Shown here one piece after another: positions 14,073 to 27,173 of a stretch of DNA of 64,000 nucleotides. The position numbers and the translations under genes are program-made. This DNA comes from Trichoplax adhaerens (lineage: Eukaryota > Animalia > Placozoa): positions 11,470,878 through 11,534,877 of the forward strand of contig NW_002060943.1 of the NCBI RefSeq assembly GCF_000150275.1, given 5' to 3'. The first letter of the stretch is position 1. Each line of letters opens with the position of its first letter. The notes beneath the pieces are model-generated. The model was given only the letters and a program-made list of their open reading frames with translations, was not told the DNA's origin and did not search any database.

Positions 14073-15063
14073 ATCCAAATTTTTGAAAATTTTTTTTTCA
14101 CTGAGCGCTTTAATTTCCTCCACTGGATGTGGCGAATCGAGCAGTGAGCGACACGATCTCAAACAAGTGTAACGTTCAGATGAGTGTCACTAGTTATTAA
14201 GTGTCACCGCATCGGTGTGTCACGCTTCCTGTCTGCAGTATTTGCATAGTTTGACACTGTTTTTAACCAAAAGTTGCCTCAGCAATAACAGTAAATAAAA
14301 ACAAACAATCAACATTTCTATAGAATATGCGCTTTGTTTAAAACGCTCTACTACCCAGATGAACACTAGTTACAGTACTATATTAAAGTAACTTTACTTT
14401 ACTTCTACACGTGTATGTATCCTATGGTCAGTATTAAAATAACTGCGACAGCCACTGCCCACCAAGAAATGAATGAATGGAATCAAATTTGACTCGTCCC
14501 TCCAATCCTCCATCAACAATACGATGGAAATCAAGTTGTTGATCATGGCTGATCAAAGACTTTTAAACATCTTAGGCACTCTAATACAAGGAATAACTTT
14601 AACTGGTAGTCAAGTAATCGGCCAGAGGACTGGCTGATCAACCGTTCCAATCAGAAAGTATCTTTTCAAATCTTTTAGCCAATCAGGGAAATGCCATGCA
14701 GCCAGGCAGCCACATTTCCCCACCTAAATAACCTCCCTCTGGTCGAGTATTCTTATTCATTTTATTATAATTTCTTGATACGTATCGGCACATACCACAT
14801 TCATACGAGTATGATCAATTACTTAGTATATAAAAACAAAACCAACAATGTTTCAATCTTCCAAAATAAAACTTTCCTAATATAATTATATCTACAATAC
14901 ACCATGATAAGCATAGAATTTGTTGAATAACCGATACTGTAGGTATCTTTAAAATGTTAAATTGTATTCTTTATCAGATTATACAGTCATACATAAAAAC
15001 ATAAATATTTTCTTGGCTGTATCTATTGAAAAGCTTCTATTTATAGCAATTGAGAACTTTCCA

Positions 15064-18000
15064 TTAGTCAAAGATTTGGCAATAAACCGTTATAATTGCA
15101 TAATTTTCTAAATCAAGCACAGGAATTATGGTCGTACAAACATTTGAAGCATCAGTTTTATCTGTTTCTTGGAAAAAATCTTTAATACCTATCGCACGGC
15201 ATCAAGAGAAAATAGATTTTAAAAAACTTAAAGTCACTTTAATAGAGCCAATTAATTAATAACAAAAATTCAATTAAATATGACTTATAATACTTTGCAT
15301 GTATTTTTAGTATATTGCTGTTATAGGTAGCCATAATACACTTTCATGCAGATAGACATAGTAAAGTACATCGTCAATACAAACCTAATTGGATCGATTT
15401 TTCTTGTTCATCAATCTCGGACTTGTTATAAAATATCTTTACACATAAAATTTGTTGCCAACTACGATGGCTCTGCTGCAATGCTGAATGCAGTTGACGA
15501 TAGAGAGCAGAAGTGATTTTTCTAATATCAAACGTACACGTCCCGCTATCTTTTTCTCCATTAAAATCTAAATAATATATGCATACACGTACCAATACAT
15601 AAGGATCGAGATAATCTATCATCCATTAAATTTAATAATCAAAAAATAAATCAGCAACTTACATAAAGAACTTAAGTATAGGCATGATTTATTGTAATCA
15701 TGCATATAGCTCTTTGTGATAATCTTGAATGGTTCTATTTTGCTATCCAAGACTAATTTCACTATTTTCAATTGACAATTAAAAAGATAATGAATTCACG
15801 TATATGCTTGCAGATTAATTAATACTTTAAACAAGTTTAGCTATTATATATGTAGAATATTAACTTCGATAATTTCCTTCTCTGCAAGCAATAATTTGCC
15901 ATTCGATATTGGCATTTTTTGGAAGGTCTGGTATAACAACAATAACCATTGGACACGTAGCTTTGTCTATATCCACCTAATTGAGAATGAAAACCATTAA
16001 CTGATATCAAATAAGACAGATATGCACATCATTTATCCTTTCAGTCAAACCAACTAACATCTTTTAGATACTTCTCTTGCATAAAAATCCATATTTCACG
16101 AGCTATACGCATATATCCAGATTTAGTTACATAACAAATGGCAAAGACTACATCTGCGAGTGAAATATCACTATCGATCTTGCCAAGGATTTGATTGGTA
16201 TTATAAAGTGACGCGACGCCTTCGTCCCTAATATCTCCCATAATCAATTTCATCGATCCTGGCACAAGACCGATTTGTCCAGCCACAAATATTGTATTAC
16301 GGAGCTAATTAAAAGAATTTAAATGTTACGTTAGTTCATAAGATTATATATTTATTTAGAATTCTCTACCATTTATGTAATTCAAAAAAACTATGCATCT
16401 TAACCCTATGAGCTTGACTATATGGTCCAATATTTGCTGGTGCCCAATGAGAAATACTCTGAACATGTAGAACATCATGGATAGCATTCAATTCCGAATT
16501 ATCATCTTTACTCGTAAAGCTTGAATCAGCTAAATACTTGAATATCAAACATTCCAAACTTAATTTTGCATCCATCAATTCAACCTCTATACACGCTCTA
16601 AAATACAATTAGAAAAATCAGTAAGAAGTTTATTTCAATTATCAACTGAATAACAGCTATACCTTGCTGGAGGATTTAAATTGAAGAACTTTTTGTACGT
16701 AAGATTGATACTTCCAAATTCTCTCATGTCACTTGTATATAAATTAACAAAAAGGATATCATCCAGGTTTAGATTTTGTTTCTGTAATATGTCTTTAATG
16801 ATTAAAAAAGAATAATACAGCAATTAAATCCTAGCTTTAACGATAAACAAAGCATTACATTGTATTGTATCAACGCTATGTTCTGGCATAGTTAACTAAC
16901 TAATCAGAAGTTCCATGACTCGCTGCGTTTCCTCCGATGCAGTTCCTCGAATATCAGACTTTAAACCGTGCACATAGTGGTAACACCCACAAGATTTGAG
17001 GGCTACAACATATTTAAATTTACCACAGTTATAAAATCAATCAAACTCCATGCTCGGCAACCAAAAACAAAACCATGCGATATGGAAATGTACAGTAGTA
17101 TAACAACCTGGGAAACTGCAATTCATAACATTCACATCACTTTCAACCGCTCTTAATTCATGATACTCGCTCTCCAAATAATTATTCTAGTATGTAACAT
17201 CAAATGTGTTAAGTAACCATATCAAATTATAAAATATCATCGTCCTACTGGAACCAATCAGCAATCGTGCTATTGCCATAAAGGTGTACAAAGAATGATT
17301 TCAGAATACTCACAGTGCTTATTTCGCAACATTTGCGTAAATTAGCAACCGCTGTAGCCCAGGGATTCTCTTGAGCCGAAACCACCGGTTGTGGTATACC
17401 CTAGTAGTAGAAAGTCGAACGCGATATCATCAAGGATATTCTTTTATCATGCAATTATTAAAAAAGTCTTACATCTTTAGCCTGCAAATGCATTTCCTGA
17501 AATCTTAAATACCCTACAGGCGCGAAAGCATCATCTGAATGTATCAATATTTCCTGCCTATCACTGTTTATTAAATTAAGGAATTAAGCAATACAACTAA
17601 AAAAGAATATTTTCCTTTCCTATGATGAAGTTATTGATGACTTACATAATAATTTTTTGAGTAAAAAGTGGACAATCCAGTGTAAATGTTTCATATTCTC
17701 CACCTTCACCACATATGTTTAATCCATACTTTTGATTCTAAAGAAGTTATCGTTAAACAATCATATCTAGTCAATCTAAGGAGAGAAACAAAGCGACATA
17801 GATAAGCTTACAAATCTTCTCATCACTGGAGCTATTTCTTGAAGACTTTTACCAAGGTGCTTCTGAGGCTCTAAGCCTAAAAAGTAGAAAGTCAAACAAT
17901 TTATTTAAATAATCACATCTTTTATTATAGTTATCAGAAGGGTCAACTGAGACAAATAATATGAAGAAGTAACATTAAATTCATTCATAGTTAAATACAA

Positions 18001-19798
18001 TAGCTAATGGAATGTTTTAATTCAAAAATTACTACTAGAATATTTAAGAAAACGTCATAGTTGTCAGATTATGATAATTTATTATTTGTATAATGGTATG
18101 AAGTACCACGATCTACTGTACTTCTTTAAATACCTAATGCTGCAACTTTGATTATTCGAGCATCTATGCCATCGTCGATCATCTCCATAAGAAGATCTTG
18201 TTGGTCCCTTTGCCATAAATATGCTAGACTAACTAATCCAAGTCGGGAACACCTATGCGGAAGTGATTTCATTACGTGCTTACCTAACATTTCAAACTAT
18301 CACCAATTACTTATTCCAATAAATTACACTCACACATTTTCTACTCTAACCCTTTGATAATTAGATAGTATGGCACCAACAGAGACTGCTTCAATTTCGA
18401 TATCGTTCTTGTTTCGGTTAAATAAAAGATAAATGCAGTCTGAAATTATCTAAAGTATATATATCCTAATTTCGTCGAATATTACTCGAAAAGTTGCAAT
18501 TTACCTAATAAGGTACAGTAACGCTTTTTTGCTTAACTCAAAATACACGATATCATAGATAAGAAATTAAATTGAAATTTCATATACTGTCAGTAAATTT
18601 GAATAATTTCCAAATGCATTGCGAATTAAGAGGTTGACGGGCATCATTACGCAATAGATACCAGCAAAAATTTTTTATTTATATACGTATGTATAATGTA
18701 CTTTGCACATACTACATATTGTATTTATGTATGCGTAATAGTTTGCACAGTTGTGTGCGCGTATACAATGCGCTAGCACAGAATACTCTAAGCTTTGTAA
18801 TTTTTTATTTTAAATACTTGTGCACTCAAGGTTTCTCCGTATCGTATTGTACGAACAAATGACTTTACTATTGCTTTGCAGATTACTAAATAACTACCAA
18901 AGCTTACAATTATTCTATAATCCAATAAATCAGGTAACCTATTGAAGCAATGACGATCAATATATTAGTCATTATAATTATTTTACATACTTGTACTTCT
19001 TTCAGTAACTCATACAAATCTTCCACTTCGTCTTTTGCAGTAGGTGAGTAGTAACGATCAGTTGCAATAGAGGAACCTTTGAGAGGGTGACGATACAGCG
19101 GTAAATTCATTGCGTCGGCATATAAGTGGATAGCTTGATGACCAACCGTTTGAAACATATAACTATCTAATTCATCTAAGAGAAAATTTCACGAATTAGG
19201 AATAAATCGGTGGTTGACTATTCAACATATTGCGCTCATTATTGTATATTATATTTTTTACCTTGACTTCCATCCGGGTACAAATTAGCTAATGCAACTA
19301 TCTGATGACCATGCCGTACACATTCTAGCATGTTATAGCAGCTATCTTTACCCCCGCTTGAAGTGTAGTACAAAGAATGCAATATATTAATTAATAAATA
19401 GCTAGTATTAGACTACCATTGAACCAAGTAGTATAGTACATTCTTTGTACCGTGTAACTCAAATGATACTGCGGTATCATAGTTTAAAAAATAGCTAACA
19501 CTTGAGTAAACTCATCATAAATATAGGAATACGGCAACATGTCCGCAACTACAAGTACAGTGGGCTAAGAAATCCATTTTATGCGAAACTGATTAACTCT
19601 GTATGACATTGCAACATCGAAGTTTCGGTACTAAGTACTATGTTTTAATAAAAATAAGAGTAAATAAATATTGTAAACAAATAGTTGGACGACTGAAGTC
19701 GTACGAATTATTAATTATTATTAATCCATACCTTGTATACTATCAATATTTTCAAATCATGTTTACTACCGTTACCTTATCAAGGCTACTGTTTTCAT
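15064..19798 (-). CDS. DPH6: DPH6 diphthine-ammonia ligase, long form with C-terminal YjgF/RidA-like domains
   Basis: A 23-nt exon 1 (19776-19798) MKTVALIS joins GGKDSCYNMLECVRHGHQIVALANL. Further motifs: ELDSYMFQTVGH, VGAILSNYQRVRVENVCSRLGL, NICGEGGEYETFTLDCPLF. Rid-like segments LFVNLYTSDMREFGSINLTY..PPARACIEV, HVQSISHWAPANIGPYSQA, FVAGQIGLVP and LPKNANIEW follow. Stop TAA at 15066-15064. Confidence 0.95.
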
Positions 19799-19944
19799 CT
19801 TAGCACGTTTTTATCCTTCTTTTACCTATATACAAATATATAGAGAGTGGATGTATTCAGCGCTTCCGTTGTCAGAGTTTGCAGTTTGATCATAATTTTA
19901 CGGGACCAATCAGTGTAATAAATTAATAGCTAGTAACAGCGTTT

Positions 19945-20800
19945 AAGGTTATCAATATACATGTATATATGGATAGTTATAGTTTATAAATTATAGCTAA
20001 ATGATCAACAGTAACCTCTGCATTGCAATAATCGTATTTATTAATCGCATTTAATCGTATATACGCACTAAAATGAAAGCGAGTAAGATTGAGCTTTCTA
20101 ACTTAGCGGGTATTACCGATGAGATAAAAATGCAACTGGTTCAATAAAAAAAATTAAGGTTATCAAGATGCAGCTAAATACGAGTAGTTTGCAAATTGCA
20201 AATAAATGACTAACAGTAACCTACACATTACAATAATGGTCCTTAGCACAGCATTTAACTGCATTCGATGCATAAAGTGAAAGTAGTTATAAAGCGAGCC
20301 TCTGGTCGAGTATCAATCAACGAGTTAGGCGAAATTACAAAATACTAAATGATCGAATTTAGGTTATCAAGGTGCAGCTAATACAATACGATTAGTATCG
20401 TTTGTTTACAAATTGCAACTCTATGATCAACAGTAGGTTATACGTTACAGTAATCATATTTTAGTATCTATGATCACATATCCTCACTAAGTGAAAAGGA
20501 GTAAGAGTGAGCTTTCTTATCGATTATTACCAAAGTGAGTTAAGGAAAAATTACAAATTCCTCTGCTGTAGTATGTAATCCAATGTCCTGTATATCTAAA
20601 GGTTATCGCGATATGACGATGCAGCAAAGTACGGTGAGAGTTGTAGTTTGCAGATCATCGTTTGCAAATACTAGTTTAAATATTAGTTTACAAGATTGCA
20701 AATTTAATTCATTATCAACAGTAGTCCTAGAGATTAGAATTACCGTTTTTAGTATCGTATCTAATCGCATATACTTACTAAATGAAAGCGAATGAGAAGA
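19945..20800. repeat. Four degenerate tandem copies (~205-240 bp) upstream of the DPH6 ATG
   Basis: The anchor (a/t)aggttatc lies at 19945, 20156, 20360 and 20599. Each is followed by aacagta and tgaaa blocks. Confidence 0.85.
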
Positions 20801-21183
20801 GTTGCTTGGTATTGAGCAGCTGCAATAAGCTCAATTGTGATAGCTTGAATACTGTGCTCTAGATATAGATACTATCTAGATAGGATACGTAAATCACTCA
20901 CTAGTCTATAGTGGTGTATTATGACGCTTCCTGGATTGTTCTAGCGGTAATTGTTAGTCTGTCATGCGCAATAGGCTAATCTATCAGTACTGTAAGGAAG
21001 CGATTATAGTGACATTATTTTTGCTAGTGACTCATACTATACAAAGTATAACGTATATTCTGTGGTCAAAATTAACGATTATTATAGTATTAAGCAATAG
21101 ATAAGTATATCGTGGCAAAAATAGTGTCACTACCGGAAGACCATCCTGCTATACGTACTGATATCCATACAGTACGCTTAGAC

Positions 21184-21202
21184 CTGACGTACGCCACGTC
21201 AG
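21184..21202. promoter_or_regulatory. CRE/UPRE-like inverted pair CTGACGT-acgcc-ACGTCAG, containing TGACGTGG on the minus strand (21194-21201)
   Basis: Direct match to the TGACGTGG motif of XBP1/CREB3-family bZIP factors, in the DPH6/GOLGA5 intergenic promoter. An ETS-like CCGGAAG lies at 21133. Confidence 0.55.
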
Positions 21203-21204
21203 AG

Positions 21205-21322
21205 TACAAGAGCACAGTACTAAAATCACAGTATTGTACATACCGTACTGTACACTGTACACTGTACGGTACAGTACGGTACGGTATAGTACAGTACAGT
21301 ACTGTACTAACTGTACTGTACT
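21205..21322. repeat. (TACTG)/(CAGTA) tract in the DPH6/GOLGA5 divergent promoter
   Basis: gtactgtacactgtacactgtacggtacagtacggtacggtatagtacagtacagtactgtactaactgtactgtactg. Confidence 0.9.
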
Positions 21323-21621
21323 GGCATCCTCAGTCAACAAAGCTACACTGCCAGCCCAAGATGGAGGAAAGGCTTTCACTCTGTGCAAGATAATCCATCC
21401 TATATACGTTTGAGAGCAATTTCGTACTGGAAATTACTGCAACCTATCCATTAATTAACTCTACGTTGGAAAGATTAATTGAAATTTTGATGATCGTATT
21501 TGGTATTCTCTTCCTTTGATTTATAGACGATTAGAAAAGCTCAGTTACGTCCAAACTTTGATCAAGTTTTCATCTAGTCTTGACACCAGTCTACGTTCAT
21601 CCATAACCTTAAAAAGCCAAG

Positions 21622-24600
21622 ATGTCGTGGCTTTCCGGTTTAGCTGATAAAGCCGAAGGTCTATTAAATAACTTAGATCAATCAGCAGCCAGTGCATTAA
21701 ATGAATCTAATCTCAATCGATCTACTGATTCTCCAATGGCTAAAAATACTGGCAATCAAGATTTGAAATCAGGCGGATTTCAATCTATCGGCCTCAATGC
21801 TGGTATGACTTCCTTACAATCCAATGTACAGCCAAACGTGCAGTCTGATCGTGCAAAGGATGCGAATAATAGCAAATATTTGTCACAAATGAGCGCACCT
21901 CGAGTAATTCGTCCTGGATCAAAGAGTAATATGCCAACTTCCAATAAACGCAAAAGTGAAGATAAATTATTCGAATTTTTAAATAGTAATGATACTGATG
22001 TCAAGTCTAATGTTAACGTTCTCAATGATAAACGTCATGCTAGCAATAGTAGTATGAATAGCAATAGTCGTAGTACTTCTCCAAATCCTGTTAAAAACAG
22101 TAAAAGTAGCTCGCGAAGAACGAGTGAGGAAGATAATAACGGCATTACTTTTAATGCTGATGGTAAAGCTAGTTCTGGAAATGATCCTATAACTGGTAAG
22201 GGCATGAGTTCAATTTATCTTCATTCAAGTCTTGACTTCAATGTCTATTTCAATCGTTATATTTTCTTGTATTAATTAAGAACCAACTAAATGATAATAA
22301 CTGTAATTTGTGGGATATAATATATAGCACAGGTACAAGTATGATCCTAGTAATGGGCAATTCTTAAAGTGAACTATATTGCCATTAAACATGAACTGCA
22401 TAATCATGCTTATACATTTGCCATACATGATATCCTACAAATTACAATGTATTGATGTTAACATAATTATGCTATCAAGCAATTTCTTGCTATAATTTAC
22501 TGTAGGCTTCAGTAAATACCATAGAAGCAAAGTTTAAAATACGTTTTACAACACTTAAGAGCTGGTGATTCTTTAGTTAATATTATCCATTTGATTTGAT
22601 CATATTTACTTATCTTATAATTACGAAAGCTGCCATTAAGACTATCAAGTAATATAGTCCATGGGAAAATTTATGGGATTAAGAAACTGCACTTATCATT
22701 TCATACATTTTCACGAAGAACATTTACCGTCAATAGTAATCTTCACGTTATCATGTATACAAAATTTTAAGGCCCTTTGACGTAATGATGGTCATACTGT
22801 ATTACACTTACCAATGGGATAAAAAGTAACAAACATATTTCAAGAAATTGCAGGATAGTTAGTATTGTAAGACTAAGTGCAGTATAATATGTTCTGCAGC
22901 CATTCGGATAGATTTACCATCATGTATTCGGTACGTTTGTTATATTATGAATAGAAGAGCGCCTATAAAAATTTATATCGATGCCAAAACTATCAAAAGT
23001 GGCATCAGTGTATTCTAAACGCATACAGTATATTTATAATGTTATAATGGTATGATGAACTGCAGATTCTCAGTTATTAATACTATATCATTTCGCTCAT
23101 TCCTCAAATTTTACTAACTGTAGACTTATATTCTTACGTATCTTTAAGATCGTACTAAAGATACTAGGGCGGATAATGTGGATAGCAATGACACTAATAA
23201 TGATGGCCACACCATATCTGGAAATAATGATCGAGCTCGTCGTAATAATCATAATACAGCACAGACAAAGAAAACTATAGAACGGCAAAATGGTATGGAA
23301 TTGGAGATTAAATTACTAAAAAAGGAAATTTCGTCACTAAACGAAGAATTACATGGCAAATCTGAAAAGTTCAAGTATAACCTAGACTGTACGTAACTAA
23401 CCTTATTCTTAGTGAAAAAAGTATGTTCCGCTAGGTAACCATTTACGATTGTTTTAATTTATTAGCCTTAACTAAAGCTGAGAACGATATCGAACAATTA
23501 AAACTTAAGCTGAAGGAAGCCGATAGTAACTTTAATCATTTAAGTATCAGTAATCATGATATGAAGATGAGTATCGATGCTAAAGATTCGCAATTAGCAG
23601 TCTTAAAAATTAGATTGAAAGAAGCTGACGATGAACTACGGAAGAAGAATGAAACTCTTGATAAAATACAACAAGAGAGAGACAGGTACTTCTGTAAAAT
23701 AGAAATTGCTGAGTATAGTACAATACAGTATATTCAATCTTATTATTGGTCTGTGCGATCTTGTACTCAAATTAACTACAGGCATTAAAGTAGCTTTTAC
23801 TATTGTTTGTAAATAGGGTTCTCCAGCATCACAATAATTCAACGGATGCACATAGTGAAGCTTTGGAACTCTTAAAAGTTAAGTTAAAAGAAAGTGAAGA
23901 AATTTATCAGCGTGAAAAATCTGATCATGACGCACTGAAGGTATGCAAAATTAAATATAGACAATTATAATCATACATAGTAGTGTGTGTTTAGGATATC
24001 AGAAATAAACTTGTAAAAAATTAATTCTGTATTGATAGAGCGATACGATGGAGAGACAGCATCAACTCGAAATGGAGAAAATATCCCTAGCCGAAGAACT
24101 TACTGCTTTACGACTTAAAATAGATGAGGGCCAAAGTAGGATATAACCGTACGAACACTGTAATCATGTGATATATACGGCATAATAATGCATATCCTGT
24201 ATTACACTTTAGAGAGAATTGAAGAATTAAATGGTCAATTGCGAACATCAAAAGCTACCATAGATTCAATTCGTCAAGAAAATGCTGATTATAAAGTTAA
24301 AGCCACAAGAATATTACAAGTAAAACACCTCATTGTACTTGTGTTATTCATAATTTTATAAATTATTAATTATAATTTACCTTTAACAGTCCAAAGATAA
24401 GGTCATCACCAAATTACAGGATGGTATTGACAGTGATGACAAAAATGCATTTATTAATCTTGGACTTGAGGAAATGAGGAAAGAAAAAGACATGATTAGA
24501 GAAGAGCTAAGCCAGCGTCAAACTGAAAATGATGAACTTAGACGTGAATTACAGGTATTACAGCATATAAAAGGAAATTTTTTCTATTATTATACAAATT

Positions 24601-25942
24601 AATGAGAACTACGTAATGTTGTAATACGATAATTTAGGAAATCGAGCAGAATTACCAGGATGAGCTCATATCGCTACGTGATCATATTAGTAGCCTAGAA
24701 GATAGTCTGAATGAAGAAAAACAGAGACGAGATGATTCTGAGCAAGATGCTGTTAAGCTACAAATGGTAAATTAGACTACTCTAACAGAACTAATGTTCT
24801 TCAGGGTTACAGCTAGTGATAACGTCTCTATTGCACATTTTTATAGCAAGTTCAGTATCTTCAAAATGAACTTATGGTTCAGAAAACAAATCTTCATCAA
24901 CAGAAACAGGTATTGCATACCGTATATGCATACAATATAATCTTAGTATCAGTTTTACATTTTACTTTCCACTTAGGCGACGATTATCATACAATAGTTA
25001 ATACTTCTATTATTTTTTTTAGAAATATGAGGATGAAATTGAAAGGCTAAAACTTCGTGTAAGACGCTTGAGAGATAACTCAGCCTTGGAATATAGTTAA
25101 AATATTCGATATCTTGTTGTAGAATGTAGATTCGCCTAAAAATCAACGAAAGGATACTGAACTTGAGGACAGAATTAAAAGCTTAACTGAAAATCTAATT
25201 CAGAAACAGACTATTATTGAAACTCTGAATACAGAAAAGAATTCTCTAGTATTACAAATGGAACGATTAGAGGTATTATTTCTTTAGAGTAGACAAATAA
25301 AACTAATTAATTATTAAAGTCGATCCAAATCGATACGCACCAACTTTCAGAAACAGTACCGCGACATTATTAAATATAACGAGGGGCAAAACAAAATTAC
25401 AATTGAAATGCCGGAAGCGCAAAATGACGTTGTAGATGAAGGAGGTGAGATATTTTTGATCTTATTTTAAGCTGTATAGTATCCATTACACCAATTTACT
25501 TACAAATATTGCTATACATTAGGTGTCCGTATGAGATCAATATCATCAATTATACCCGGAGATGATTCATTTTCTGCAACTCAAAGCACAATTTCGCATC
25601 GTGTTAAAAATGCTGCTAATGCCTTAGATAGCGCCAGGTAGGTTTTATCAATAAGATTAAAAGATAACAGCTTTTCTAAATTTTTAACTATGCCTTGCCA
25701 CTACCTCTAGTGCCAGAATTGGCCGATACTTAAGATATTATCCTGTAGCTCGCCTTTTCAGTATATTCTATGTGGTAAGTACAATTCTCCATATTTGAAA
25801 TGAACTTGATCTAATGTTGTCTAATCGTTTATCTTTACCTTTATTTCGATAGATTCTTTTACATCTATGGGTAATGTTCGTATTGCTGACGTATAGTCCC
25901 GAAATACATAACGCGCACAATCCTCCGCCTAAATCCAACTGA
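21622..25942 (+). CDS. GOLGA5: Golgin-84 (GOLGA5), coiled-coil Golgi tether with a C-terminal TM anchor
   Basis: N-terminus MSWLSGLADKAEGLLNNLDQSAA; LFEFLN; AKDSQLAVLKIRLKEAD; DYKVKATRILQSKDKVI; LTENLIQKQTIIETLNTEKNSL; TM region LRYYPVARLFSIFYVILLHLWVMFVLLTYSPEIH; TGA at 25940-25942. Confidence 0.95.
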
Positions 25943-27173
25943 AAATGTACTTAGCTTAATTTTTACTGTAACTAAAAGCTATTTCTGCATAATTTATACC
26001 AAGATATTAAAATACCCTATAAAAAATTTTATGTTGTAAAATATTTCAAAGATCATTTACATTTTAAAGAATAATATTGAATGAAATTCACCTGCTTACT
26101 AGATATCTTAAGAATATTATCAAGATTGTTTGATAATGTTATTTGTTGCATATCGAATCACTACCTAAATATGAATATCTTTGAAATTAATTTACATTTA
26201 AAATGTATATATACCAAACGTACATATACACTTACGTAACGTAGTTGAAAGCAATCTCTGTGGCGCATATGTTTTAAATTCAGTCTAATGTAATCTGTGA
26301 TCGTAGAGCAGTAACTAAAGTTATACCATTTTATGGCGTCATCCTGTAAGATACGAAAATGAATGCTGAGTATTTATGGCCTGAAAGATATAAAATACTT
26401 CAGGTTTTTTTCATCTTATGGTATTAAACTTTCGAATATTTTCGAAAAATTATCGTATTTAGCCTGAAAATCTGAAAAGAAATCCAACCGTAGCATCACT
26501 ATATTGTCAATATCTCCAGCGTATGCTATGTTTTTGCTGGTTGACTTTAGGGTTAATTGGAATTATTCAGACCGTTATTACTTGACTCGATTCAACACAG
26601 TATTATAACTTCATCTTTATTGAATAATTTTTATTATTTGCCGAAGTTCTAAGATATAGCATTAGCATTTGTTGACTATTCATGACAGAATGTTGCACAC
26701 CGTCATATCGTAGCTAAAATCCACTGAGTGTGGCTTCGTCCAATAAAAACGCTAATTGTTTGCTTTAACAACGTAACTGCAGCTGTTACTGGAGCAGCGT
26801 TAATAAAATTAAACACTATTACTACTATGTGAAGTAAAAGACGATTCATTAGTTATAGGTCTTTCGATTATTAATTATTAGCAATCCAATGGTATTAAGA
26901 TAATGTATATATAATTAACTGTGAGTACATAATTTTAAGTATTGCACGTAAATTTAGTAATATTTTTCTACCATACATTACAGATACGTACATATAGCAA
27001 TGTTTACGAAGGGCAATATAGGTTTTTATATGTCCTATTATACATTCATGACTTTCGAAACAATCTGGTCAATGATAACTTTTTCGTTAGCATTATACTG
27101 CATATAAAATTTTCTGCAATTTTTTAGAACGATTAAAATTTCGTAACTTTTACTGCATAACATGAGCAATATC

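Noticed and set aside
18400-18990. Possible U12-type intron in DPH6 (TTTAAC near the acceptor)
   Set aside because: The donor is GTATGT, not GTATCCTT. No U12-type donor was seen in the introns examined.
26548-26556. TAACCCTAA on the minus strand, resembling a telomerase RNA template, with U-rich and A-rich segments downstream
   Set aside because: A 9-mer like this is expected about once by chance in a window this size. No convincing pseudoknot, CR4/5 or H/ACA could be built. An Infernal search would settle it.
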